A DNA stretch of 64,000 nucleotides from Setoptus koraiensis (Eukaryota; Animalia; Arthropoda). The notes beneath the pieces were generated by a model. That model saw nothing but the letters and a program-made list of their open reading frames with translations, searched no databases and was not told where the DNA came from. A program made the position numbers and the translations under genes. This document shows positions 13,201-25,100 of this stretch, piece by piece (the first letter of the stretch is position 1; each line of letters begins with the position of its first letter). The stretch covers positions 22,320,001-22,384,000 of the forward strand of contig CM106585.1 in the NCBI GenBank assembly GCA_048013815.1. Reading direction: 5' to 3'.

Positions 13201-15404
13201 CGGCCGGCCGGTCGGCTAGTGGATCGGCCAGAGAAAGCGTTCGCCGGCTTGCCCGACAATCCGAAGCTGAGAATTGAAGAATTTGGCCAAATTGGCCGAA
13301 TTCTCTGTCTGTTTTGGCCCGTCGCAATGGCCCAAACAGACAGTCAGTCACACGGTGCAAGCATGTCGAATTGCAAATGCCCAATGGTAATGAATCTCGT
13401 GATAATTATTCGGATATTGTTTGTAATGAGCTGCAAATGCGCTCGAGCCGATGATTACATGACGGCCATTTCCATTATTATTTCATTATAATTTCATTAT
13501 TATACTTGGTTGTTATGCCGTCCGACACAATAATGAAATCTCCGACGATATCTCATGTCTGAGCCGGCCGCTTGGCGTGTGACGAGCGCATCGCAACTGT
13601 TGCAGCAGCACCGCCACCAGAATGGCCGCTATTGCGATTGACGCTGCTAGAAGCTGTTACCAGCGGCCTCCGCCCCCATTGATGGCGCCCGCATGGCCGC
13701 TGGACGCGGCCCGCTCGCGGGTCGGCCCGCCGATCGGCGGGCCGCATTAATCATGGTGGCTGATTGAGACATCATCATAATCATCGCCGGACAAACGGAA
13801 ATGGTCGCTGCAGCGGCGCACCAGTCAATTGAAGCCGCACCGGCGATTGTGCCCGAGCGTCCGGCTCGCCCAAGTGTCCGGCTCGTGCAACTGGCCGGGC
13901 GCCGACACTTGGGCGCCGCAGACGAGAGTTTGTTTATCGTCGGTCATTGTTGTTGCGAGCGGTCATTTGGACGCGCCGGCTCAGGTGAGGCGATCGGGAT
14001 GACGGTCGCGATGGGCATTGCGATGGTGATTGAGACGATGATTGCGATGACGGTTGAGATGATGATTCGGACGGTGCGATGCTCGGCCGGCAAGTGCACA
14101 AGATGAACGTGTTTGCAAGATAAACCAAGATAAACTTGCTCGTTGCGGCTGCCGGCGACCGCTCAACAGACCGCTCGAGAGACCGCTCGACGGGTCGTGA
14201 ATGGCCGGCCCGAGTGACGGGCAACAATGGCCGCGTTGCTGGCTCATGGCCGCGCGATTATCTCTGCAGCGCGCGGCCATTGTGGCGCGCCACAGAGCAG
14301 CGCTGTTTGGCCGGCGAAGCGCGTGCTTCTTTTCGCGTCTCGGAGCTCATGACTGTTCGTCCGTGTTCGCGTCGCACCGCTCGCGTCGAACCGTTCGCGT
14401 CGAACGGCCGGCAGCGCGACCTGCCGACTGCCAGCAGCCGCGAACGTCGAAAGTCGAACGGCCGCGAACGTCCAGCGGCCGCCAACGTCCAGCGGCGAGC
14501 GGGCAGCGGTGGCTTCTCTGGGCGGAATCGGCCCGAGTGGCCTCTGCCCGTTGTGCCGCTCGCGTCTCTGGCCGCGTCTCGTTGTGCGTCTCGTTGTGCG
14601 TCTCGGCCATTATCTGGTTGTTATTGTTGTTGCTGTTGTTGTCGGCTGGGCTGGCCGGCGACGGCTCAATTGAGCTGTTGGCCCAATTGAGCTGCTGCCT
14701 CGATTGAGCTGTTGCTGCTGGAAATTAAAAGAAGGGAGATGCGCGCGAGCAAGTGATTTAGAATGCGCCGGCAACGCTAATGGTTGTTCCAATGGCCGCG
14801 GCTCCGACGGCCGCGGCTTCCAATGGCCGACGGTGCGACGGCCGACGGTTCGACGCGAACAGTCCGACGCGAACAGTCCGACGCGAACAGTCCGATGGCT
14901 TCCATTGACGCGCTCGCAGTTGTTGCCAAACAATCATGATAATTATGCTGCCAGCGTGTGTTACCTGGCCAGTGTTGCTGTTATGTGATGATGGAGCCAA
15001 TAATGAAGCCGTCATCTGGCTCTGCCCTTCGCTGCCGCTGCCAGCCTGCAACCGCCGACTGCCAGCCTGAGCCAACTCGGACGCGTTCGACACTCGAACG
15101 CCGCGAACGCTTCGAACGCCGCGAACGCTGCGAACGCTTCGAACGATGCCAACGCTGGCGCAGAGAGTCAAAAGTCGCAGCTTCATCATCATCAATTATT
15201 ATCTTTTGCTCGCTCTCTCTGGCGCGTTGCCTGTTGCTACCAGCAAAAGCCAGTCCACCTTGGCCACGCTAATGATAGCCACTGGCGCGGCTCACGACTC
15301 TCTCTCTCTCAGGCCACGCTCACCTGGGCGAGCCTCGCAAGCCTCGGTCTACCTGTGGATTCGCTCACCGGCCACTGGCGCGTTTGCTGCCTCTTAAGCA
15401 CGAT

Positions 15405-15478
15405 CGGGCACAACTCGGCACAACTGGGCACGACTGGGCACAAGTGGGCACAAGTGGGCTCAAGTGGGCACAACCGGA
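15405..15478. repeat. 10-bp tandem repeat (GGGCACAAST-like) x7
   Basis: gggcacaact-cggcacaact-gggcacgact-gggcacaagt-gggcacaagt-gggctcaagt-gggcacaacc. Confidence 0.85.
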
Positions 15479-18400
15479 CAGAGGCTCACAGGGACAGAGG
15501 CTTAGAAAGTGGGCGAAATCGGCACACTGCGCGCCCAGCGGTACAACTGTGCCCGAGTCGCACATTGGACCATTGGCTCGTCCCAAATGGTAGTCTCCGT
15601 GCGTTTGTTGTCTCGGCCCCATGTTAGACTCTAGAGTCTAGAGATAACTGCGTGTATTTCGGCAAAATAAATCGAGCATCATGTGGCAAAATGGTTGCCA
15701 AAATGACTTTATAACATGCATTTTTTGTTGTGCCGCTCGCTGGGCACAGCAAAACGTACATGTATTATAAAATAAATATGCAAATTGTTTGTGCGCTGCG
15801 CAGCTTGTTGCGAGCACCGATCAAATAATGATGCAATCAAGTCACTCTTGGGTGCTGCGGCTCGCCTATATCCGTTGTGTCGCCTTGCATTGAGTGCATT
15901 GAGGCGCCTATATGGTGGCGGCTGTCATTTTTTATTAATATTTATATTTAGCGCTGTATTAGTGAGTGATTTTTTGTGTTTGTTGGCTTGTTTCTGTTGC
16001 TGTTGAGACGCTTAATGAATGATGATCGGCCGGCCGGCCGGCCCGCAGCCGAGCCCAAACCTCTAATTATGCGCTCGCCTTTAATTGACTGCTGGCGCTC
16101 GTGTGTTTGCTGTTGTCGCCGTTGTCGGTTGTTGCTGTTGCTGGCACAACAGCAACAACCGGCCATTACTGCTCTCGTTGCTGGCACTCGGAATTGAAAT
16201 GTAACCGAAAACTGCGCCTAACAACTAATTGTTGATTTGGCTGGAAGAGCCGATTGAGTGCTCAGTGCGCGCTCCGTGTCGCTGTCTCGTTTCGCGGCTC
16301 TCGAACGCGAGCCGTTCCAACGAGCGCCCTTCGAATGCCAGCTTCGAATGCCAGCTTCGAAATGCGCCCTTCGAACTGCGAACTGCGAACTTGGAATCGC
16401 CAACTTGGAAATGCGCATGTGTTTTGAAGCGTTCGAATGGCCAAGTTACTCGAAGCAGAACTGGTCGCAAACGAGTTCACGCCCATTCCAAGTGCCCGCC
16501 GACAAGTGGGCGCCGCCGACAAACAAGGCCGACGACAAGGTTACACACTGTCAATGCCAATTGTATCAATTGTGCCAATTGTGCGCCAGTCTCACAATTG
16601 TCGGTTGCTGTCGACACCAACAACGACGCGTCACAATTGTCGCTCATAGCAGCGGCCATTGCCGGTGCAGCGACAGGGCCCATTGCGGCCAGAGTCGGGC
16701 GCCGGGCGGAAGTGGGCCACTCGCCCGCTGCCCGTTGCCCGCTGCCGCTCCGCTGCAGTGAAACGCTATTTCGGCTATTTCGGCCGTTTCGGCTATTTCG
16801 CCCACTGCAAGCGAGCCGTTTAATAATAATTAATAATTTGTGCGCGGCAGCGCTGATCCGTGATACGGGCCCGTATTGTGTATCATGGTATCATATTCAC
16901 ATATCGACTTGGCAAACACATGGCCCTGCAAGCAACAAACTGACCAGTGGCGATGGTCAGTTTGTGGCTGATTGGCGGCGGACGATGCGAGCCAAGCGGC
17001 CACAAATAAAACAGTTAATTTGCAGTTAACATTGTGCCGGCGCAACATGAAAGCGACACGAAAGCGACATGGAAGCGACATGGAAGTCATGAAAAAATCA
17101 AATCATCATGATGAGTTAATTTGCGAGCGCCATCTACAATATCCTTAACAGTATCCAGAGCGAGTCGGCAGTGCGATGGCGAGAAGCCGCAGCGAGAATC
17201 AGCTGGCCGGCCGATGTTGAGTCTGACAAATTGTGAAAAGAAGCTGCGAATCGCAAAAAGAATCGCGGATAAAGGAGACGTTGGCACAATCGGACGCTCG
17301 CTTGTTGCGCCCGATCTTCGCGGTCACCTGTGAATATCGGCCTCAGTCGCCCGTGAATATCGCATTTCACACTTGTGGATCACTTGTGGATACCGAGGTG
17401 ACTGTGGATATCGAAGCAGTGGGTGCCACCATTCTGTCCGACAAACATTTAATCGTCGGCCCAATCATTTCAACTGTTGGCGACTATTGGCAAGCTCTGT
17501 TGCCATTATTGCATAGCAGGTAGCGCCAAATGATATATTGCGTTGCCAGCGATCGACATGTATATTGCGACCAACGGCCAGTGCTGGCCTGTTGTCTAAA
17601 CGGATATTTATCTCATGTAACCTACATGATGTAAGCGAGCTCGAGCTTTTTTTTGTCGGACTGCTGAATATCCGCGCCGGTCACTATGGCATCATTATGT
17701 GCATATTGTTGTATCATTGCCAGTAATTGTCTTGCCGCTCTGCGATTGCTCTGTTTTATCGGAATCATTATTCATCTGTATTGATGGCTGGCAGCATTTG
17801 TTTTTTGCGAGCCAGCTTTTTATCCGTTTTTTATCGGCAGCAGTTTTTGTTGGCAACTCCATTAGTCAATTAGTGTGTGCGAAAGCAAAAAAGCACTTTG
17901 CGCAACACCGTTGCCAGAGCCAAATTTCTATCTAAAATCTAATATCTCCCATCATCGCGATACTAGCGTGCCAATCGGCACACTAAACTATATATGCCGA
18001 AATACATATGCCGAAATGGGCCGAAACCGGCAGATAAATGGTTAAATGTATCGGTTCGAGTGTATCGATGGCGGCGGCAAATTTAAGTTAATTTATCATC
18101 GCTATGCACCAATTTCGCTCCTTGCCAAATGATTAATCTCTCTGTTCAACGCTGACTGTCGATGTCTGTTGATATTCGTTGGCCGATACGTATGGCATGT
18201 GTTATCACCATTACCTTTTGTGGCTCGCCAACAACCAGAAATTTCTGGCCAGAAACAAGCTTGTTGTTGGCATACACTGATGGCTACCGAATGGCCGAAT
18301 TGCAGCGGTTGTCATTGTTGTCAGGTGACGCCATTGGCCATTACATGTCAGTTATGCATGGGTTATGCATATCGGCTGAGACACCGGCATAGCTCACCGG

Positions 18401-21400
18401 ACTCGACGGCTCGGACGCCGTCTACTGGCGGGCGGCAGATTGATTTCATTTGAGCTTTGAGTGTGTCGAGTAACTTGCAGCGGACACAACACTGTTGAGT
18501 CAACAGCGGTCACTCTCGACAAGAGTGCCAACTTCCGCCAGCGACAGCATCAAATCATTCGATATCATCGAGATCACGTCGTCTGCAATGGTCAGCGGCG
18601 TCAGTCTGGACACAAGTGGCTGTTGCCTCAATTGTGGCGCTCGTTATTATTATTGTCGTTGTTGTTACTGCTGCTGTGGTTGTCGTTGTTGTCGTTGTTG
18701 TCGTTGTTGTCGTTGTTGCTGTTGTTGTGCCCGTGACAGATGATGCTGAGGTCGCCGTTGCTGCAGTCACTTGATATCTTGTGTTAGTGGCCACTAGCAG
18801 CGCGCCTCGTGTGTCGCTGCTGTTACGTCATGTTGCTGCTCTCATCAAATCACTAGACCCTTGCCAGTACCCCAACCAACGCCCCAACGAATGCCCCGCC
18901 AATGGCCCGTTGGCCCCGTTAAATTGCATTACTGGCCGATGTAACTGTAACTTCTGGCTGCCTCGAGCTTCGACATGCCGATGTAACAGTTAATTAGGCG
19001 CGTTCTTACACGCGTTTGTACACACGCGCGCGCGGTGTGCAGTGTGTGCAAACTGGTGAAAACTGGGGCCCCCAGACTGCTAAACAGACTACTGAATAGT
19101 CTGAATAGCAGTCTAAACAAAAGTCTAAATGGGAGTCTAAATGGGAGTGCAAGTAGCAGTCTCAATGGGGGTGTGCTCCGTGGTGGAGGCGCGACAATAT
19201 CGGCGATATGAGCGCTAAACTTGCGCCAATTTCATTGACCAGTTGTTATATAAGTGTCAGGCGCGTACAATATAACTGTGCTGTTGTTATATAACAACAG
19301 CACAGTTATATAACAACAGCGGCACAGGGGCACAGTCACAGTCACGCAGTTGCAGCCAATAAGGGGCGCGTCCATCATTCAAGTGTCCACCGACGGGCCC
19401 CAGTTGTAATTGGATTGGCGATCCATTGGCACGCTCGATTCAATCACATCTGGCCGAATTGCAGGATCGGCCGGGCCGGGCCGAATAGCGGAACGCGCCC
19501 GCCAGATCGGCCGGCCCGATATCGGCGCTTGTTTTTGACGGGCCGCTCTAATCTAAAGCAACATCTCGCGTCGGGCTGGTTGCAGCGCCACGAGCGACCG
19601 CTTTTTCATTGGGGGAGGGGGATAAACACAACTGGCGATATTGGCCACTTGGTGCCTGTATCGCCAGCAGCAGCAGCGTGAAGCGGCAAGCTCGCCAACG
19701 GCTCACTTCACAGCGAGTCACTTGGCGACTAAGCCCTCTCGGCCGCCAACTCAATAGGCGCACAGTCGGCGGATTTAACCTATTAAATTGGGGATTTTAT
19801 CAATTTTATCAATTTTATCAATTGGCTCATCGCTGTTGACGGTGCAGCGCCAGTGGCTCAATTGGTGCTTGAGCGCTGATCCCGTTACAAATGGGCTACG
19901 GGCGAGCGTGTTTGTGTTGCGTCGTGCGCTAGTTGCGCATCACCGACACCGCCCAGAACAATAGAAAGATAATGAGTTGCGCTCATTGAATTAATTTTTG
20001 TCAATCCGGCCCGAGCGGCCCGCCGCCCGTCGGCCCGTTAGCTAGTCCGCGAGTTTGCTAGTCCGCCCGTCGGCCCGTCCGCCCGTTAGCTAGTGCGAGC
20101 GTGGCTGTGAAAGCTGTAAAAGCGGCCCGGCGACAATCCGCACGAGCGCCCATTGTTTGCCTGTGAGCTCGCTCGAAGCGCCGCATTTAAATTGAATTTG
20201 GGGCCCGAGCAGGTCATGAATAAGCTGAGCGACGTACGTCTGAAAAAGCCTGATAACACAGCCTGAAAAAACGCACGCCACAAGAGGGCCGAGAGGCGCC
20301 TGAGAGCGGGGCCCGCCAGTTAATCAATGTGCGTCACTGGCTGGTGTTTGTTTAGCTGTTTTAGCGGCCGTGTTTGTCGACGTTGGTGGCTGTTGGTTGA
20401 CGTTGGTCGACGTTGTCGAGTCGCCCAGACGAAAAAGCAGCTCACCTACAACAACATGAACTCACCTGGTGTGCGTGCGTTCGCTGGGGCCCGTGAGGCT
20501 CGCGGTGCGAGCCCAATGGACGTGTATCGATCTCGCAACAGCAGCACTGATACATGCGATTGCCGGATTCACGCGATCACATGTATCGCTGCTCGGGTGA
20601 CACACTTGCCCGAGCTGCACCGTTAATATCGCGCGAGCAGCTACGCTGCGGGCGACTCCATTTGCAGCGACAGCCAGCCAGCCGGATGAGCCGTCGTGTC
20701 GGGCCGGCTCATGAATAGCTGCGCCGGGCGCCTAATGAATAGCTGCGCCGCTCACGACATATCTATATCTCTGCTGGCTGCCACGTCTGCCGGGCCGCTC
20801 CATCCGCCGGGCCGCTTCATTCGCAGGGCCGCTCTATCCGCCGGGCCGCTCTATCTGGCTGCTGCGCCGGGCATAACAAGTCACTGATGTAATAAGTATG
20901 CAAATTTGTTTTAGCGTCTCGCCATCAATTGGCTGCTGCACCGATCGCTGCACCGCTGCACCGATCGCTGTATCGCCGCACCGCCGAACCGATCGCTGTA
21001 TCGCTGCACCGCCGCACCGATGCAGCGGTGCATCGGTATCGTCGCCGTATCGCCTCCTTCAATTCATCTATTTCAACGCTGCCAATATCAATTCTCAGCG
21101 AGCTGCAAAACTGGCCGCAGTGGGGCGCAGTCGCCTTATAAGTTGGGGCTCCCCGCCGACTTATAAGGCGCTCTTATGAGGCCACATACATACATTTGGA
21201 TCTGTTGTGAGCTCTGGCGAGAGCTGGCTGGCCAGACTGATTATTTGCGCTGTTATCGCAAGCTTATCAGCATAAACTCATGCCCGAGTGTGGCGAGCGG
21301 GGCGAAATAAATTAAATAAAACGACGACGACGACGACGACTCAATGAAACTCAGCAGCCAACAGCCCGGGCATCGTGGCCGCTGAAACAAGTCGCGACAT

Positions 21401-21984
21401 GACACACGACACGACACCGAACGCGCCAAAAACGACATAACTGATCGACATGACGCAACAAAATGCAAACTAAAACGTTTGGCGGGGGCGTTCGTGCCAG
21501 CTATTTATTTAATGGCTTCGCGGTGGCTCTGGCGAGGGGGGCGCTGGCTTGTTAGTTGGCTTGTTGTGCGAGTTGCAAATTATAACTTGCTTGCCTGCTC
21601 AACTTTATCTGGGCATCGCCAGCCATTGGCCAGATTCTTTTTATTATTTATTTTTCGCATTGCATTGCATCATAATGCTCGATATTGATGCACGGTGCTG
21701 GCACTCGGTGCATATTGATGCAGCCGCATGGATATACTATTGGCTGGATATTGCCGCTGCCGTGCTATTGCTGTATTGACTGGCTGGCTGGCTGGATAAA
21801 TAAATGGATGGCTGCTTTCGGGCGCTGCTGCGGGGGCCGCCGCGCGGGGGCGAGCCACCAAAAGAATCAGGGGCCCCCCACAACGGAAAATGTGTCGCCG
21901 GGGCGAGTCGAGCAGCGGCCAGGTTGAGCGATCGCAATCGCGCCCACCTGCGCCAGCCGAATTAGATTGAATTGACGTGCGCCC

Positions 21985-22162
21985 ACGACAACAACAACAG
22001 CGACAGCGCCATCGCCAACGACGACAACAACAACAACAACAACAACAACGACAACGACAACAACGACAGCAACAACAACAGCAACAACAACAGCAACAAC
22101 GACAGCAACAACGACAGCAACAACGACAGCAACAACGACAGCAACAACGACAACAACAACAG
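21985..22162. repeat. Long (CAA)n tract with 12-bp higher-order unit (GACAGCAACAAC)
   Basis: About 175 bp of CAA/CAG/CGA triplets. Similar tracts at 25345-25465, 31265-31380, 32718-32822, 34817-34918, 37118-37258, 42161-42220, 42890-42995 and 59305-59365. Confidence 0.9.
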
Positions 22163-25100
22163 AAACGACCGAATCAGATGACTGTTGTCACTGCTGTTGG
22201 CCAACTGTCAGTCGGCTGGCTGACTGGCAAATGAAATGACGCAATAGCTATTGGCGGCAGCGGGGGCTGCTGCAGTATTTTGCAGCTCCAAATCAATCTA
22301 ACGCAACGCAAAACCAACATTTACTTTGGCCCGCTCCGGCTCGCCTAATACTCGGCCAATATTTGCTCTGCTGGCGCCGCTGGCCGCTGCTTACAATTGC
22401 TGTTACAATTGGCCAATTGTAACAGGGGCCCGCGTTGTCGACAGTTGTCGCCAGTCGGGCCAGTCGGGGCCGGCTCGCTTTTTGGGCGCGATTCCGGCGC
22501 TGCCGTCGAGCCAGCCGCCACTGGCGCTGGCGCTGCGTCTCGGCGCCCACTCGCCGAGTGCCGAAAATAAATGACTCGCGCCTCGTACATGTTACATAAC
22601 TAGGTGTGTCATATGATCCATCATGAACTGGCATGATCTATCTACTCGTGGCGCTCTCTATTTATGGCACTCGCTGGCTGCAGCCCGCCAGCCAACTATA
22701 AATAGGTGGCTCGTGCCAAAGATCCGCGACTCGTGCCAAAGATCCTTGAATGGGGCGCGTGGGCGAGTTGGCACGAGTCGAAATGGACTCGTGCGATACG
22801 TGGCGATACCCGCCGAAATGTGGCGAAATGCAGCCGTGCGAGTTTAGACCTGTCGATGGCGCAGTGCGCAACTATTGATAAGAACAAGCTCGCTCACCGG
22901 CCCAACACCGCGCACCGGAAATGTGCGCGCCCGCACGAGCGGCGACATCATTAGCCCGTCGCTATCTCTCGCCATCTCGCGATCGCGCCATCTCGCCGCT
23001 GCTCGCTGCCGGCTCGTCGCTGCTGGCTCGTCGCTCGTCGGGCCGACTGGTCGGGCCGCATGCGACGAGATCGCCGAGCGACGCGGGCGCCCCCGAGCCG
23101 CCCGCGCCAGTCGCCGAGCCGCTGGCGCCAGTAGCCGAGCTGAGCGAGGTGTCCGACGGGCTGCGCCAGCACTTGCCAGGCACCATAAAGGTTGCAACCA
23201 CCGGGGCACAATATATAAACATACACACATATAATTAAGACCAACAAGACAACGGGCCGCACCTGATAATACCCGAGCGGGGCCCGCACCGTGCCTCTCG
23301 CCACCAAAAGTCGGCTAATGATGATTGACGGGCCGGCTTGTTGTTGTTGCTGCTGGCGGCGGCGGCGGCGGCGGCTCATTGTTGACACGCAACCACCACT
23401 AGATGATAAATCAGCCGGCTTATTAGCGGCTACCAGTGGGGCGCAGTTGGCCGACCAATCATGATAAGTCGCCACCTACCTGGCCGCTCATTGGGCTTAC
23501 TCATTGGGCTTATCGAGCTTGTGAGGCTTGTGGGGCCCGGCGAGCAGTTGGCAACGAGTAGCGTGAGCTTAGCTGGATAAGCGCGTGAGCAAGCTCGCTG
23601 CAAATTAAGCGCACGGCACGGCCGGCTGCACGGCGCGGCTAAGCTGCGGGCTATAAGTCGCACCGCGCCGCGCCGCACCGCGCCAGAGGTATTATTGGAG
23701 GTATCCTTTTAACTGGGGCCCCAACTTGCACTCGGCCCAACTGCACACTGTTTCATATGGCTCGCCCGTGCGCCTGTAGTAATTTTGTAATCGCCTAGAG
23801 GCTGAATGTATTTGGTTATTCTGGCTGTGTGTGTGTCGTTGCATGTATGTCGGTCTCGTCACAATATCCCCTGATAATAGAGCGATGTAGCCGCTGCGAG
23901 CGGGGCCCCAGTCGGATATAGCTGCCAGTTGGTGTTTGTTTATGCGGCCCGGCGTGCGTGTGTCGGCCCAGTCGGAGCCCGAGCCTCAGCCCGAGCCTCG
24001 GCCCGAGCCAGTGACTCAAGTGAGGCCCCGTCATTGGCTGCTCACCAGAGCTAGACTCTGGCACCAACGACAACCGGTTCGCGGCAACAGCCAGCTCGCG
24101 AGCCAGTTGGCGTTACGTAAATGGTGTGTGTGTGTGCGGCCCATAATGATGCTCGTCATTGGCACAGACGTGGCATCTCTTTGGGGCCCCGTTGCAGCTC
24201 GTGTGCACTTTTTGGCCGTTGTTTCGCACGCTGCGCAGTTCGAGCACATAGAAAACAAGCAAAACACACCGAGAGACAACAGAGACATCCATTGGGGCCC
24301 GTTCGAACGGCAGCCAAACGACGAGCAAACTGGCGCTCGCGATGCCAGCCAGCCAGTGAGTCGTGTCGTCGTTGTTGTTGCTCGTTGCTGTTGCTCGTTT
24401 GTTGCACGATGACGCAATCCTGGCGCATGATAATAAGTCATGCCAAGAATTGGAATGAGTTATTATCATGCGTCTTGCGGCCAGTGTCTCAATTGGCCGG
24501 CCAGTATTAGCCGGCTCAATTGGCGCTCGGCGCGCCGGCATCTCGGCGTGGCGGCCAAACGGAGGAGCGGCCAAACGGAGGCGCGGCCAAACGGCCGAGC
24601 GGCGCCATACCGCGGACCGTCCGCCACGGACGCAAACATTTGCTTTTCGCGCCACACAAACTGGCCAGCGGCGATCTTGGCATGATCATCATGCAAATCA
24701 TTCAATTTTCGAGCCCATTCCCGAGCTTCTGAGTCACATCACATCGGCCCAGAGTTCAGACTGTGCACTCCAGAGTCCGAAAGCGATACCCGATCACGGG
24801 CACACGCCAACGCGATCCGGGCATCAAGTGGCGCTACCTGGGCCCCTCGATCTGGACCCGACAAGCTCGCTTGCCGAGACGCCAGCTGATGGGCGCGTCA
24901 CAAAATGTCGAAACGGTCGCTGTCGGCGCGGACAATTGGCTCGCGATGATATTGTGCCGCAAACCGGCACACCAACAATTTGCAATGTCTGTGTGCTGAA
25001 TGAGAATGACTTTTTGCTCGCAACCACTTGTGTTTGAGGGCGCCATCGTCGGATAAATAAGGCTCACGAGCGCACAACAAGCGCCCGCATAACAAGTGCC

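Noticed and set aside
17100-18450. Repeat-poor stretch suspected to be a decayed hAT or other transposase
   Set aside because: Hand translation of most of the minus strand and the plus-strand ORF track gave only short frames with no DDE, BED or hAT-dimerisation motif, and no terminal inverted repeats were seen.
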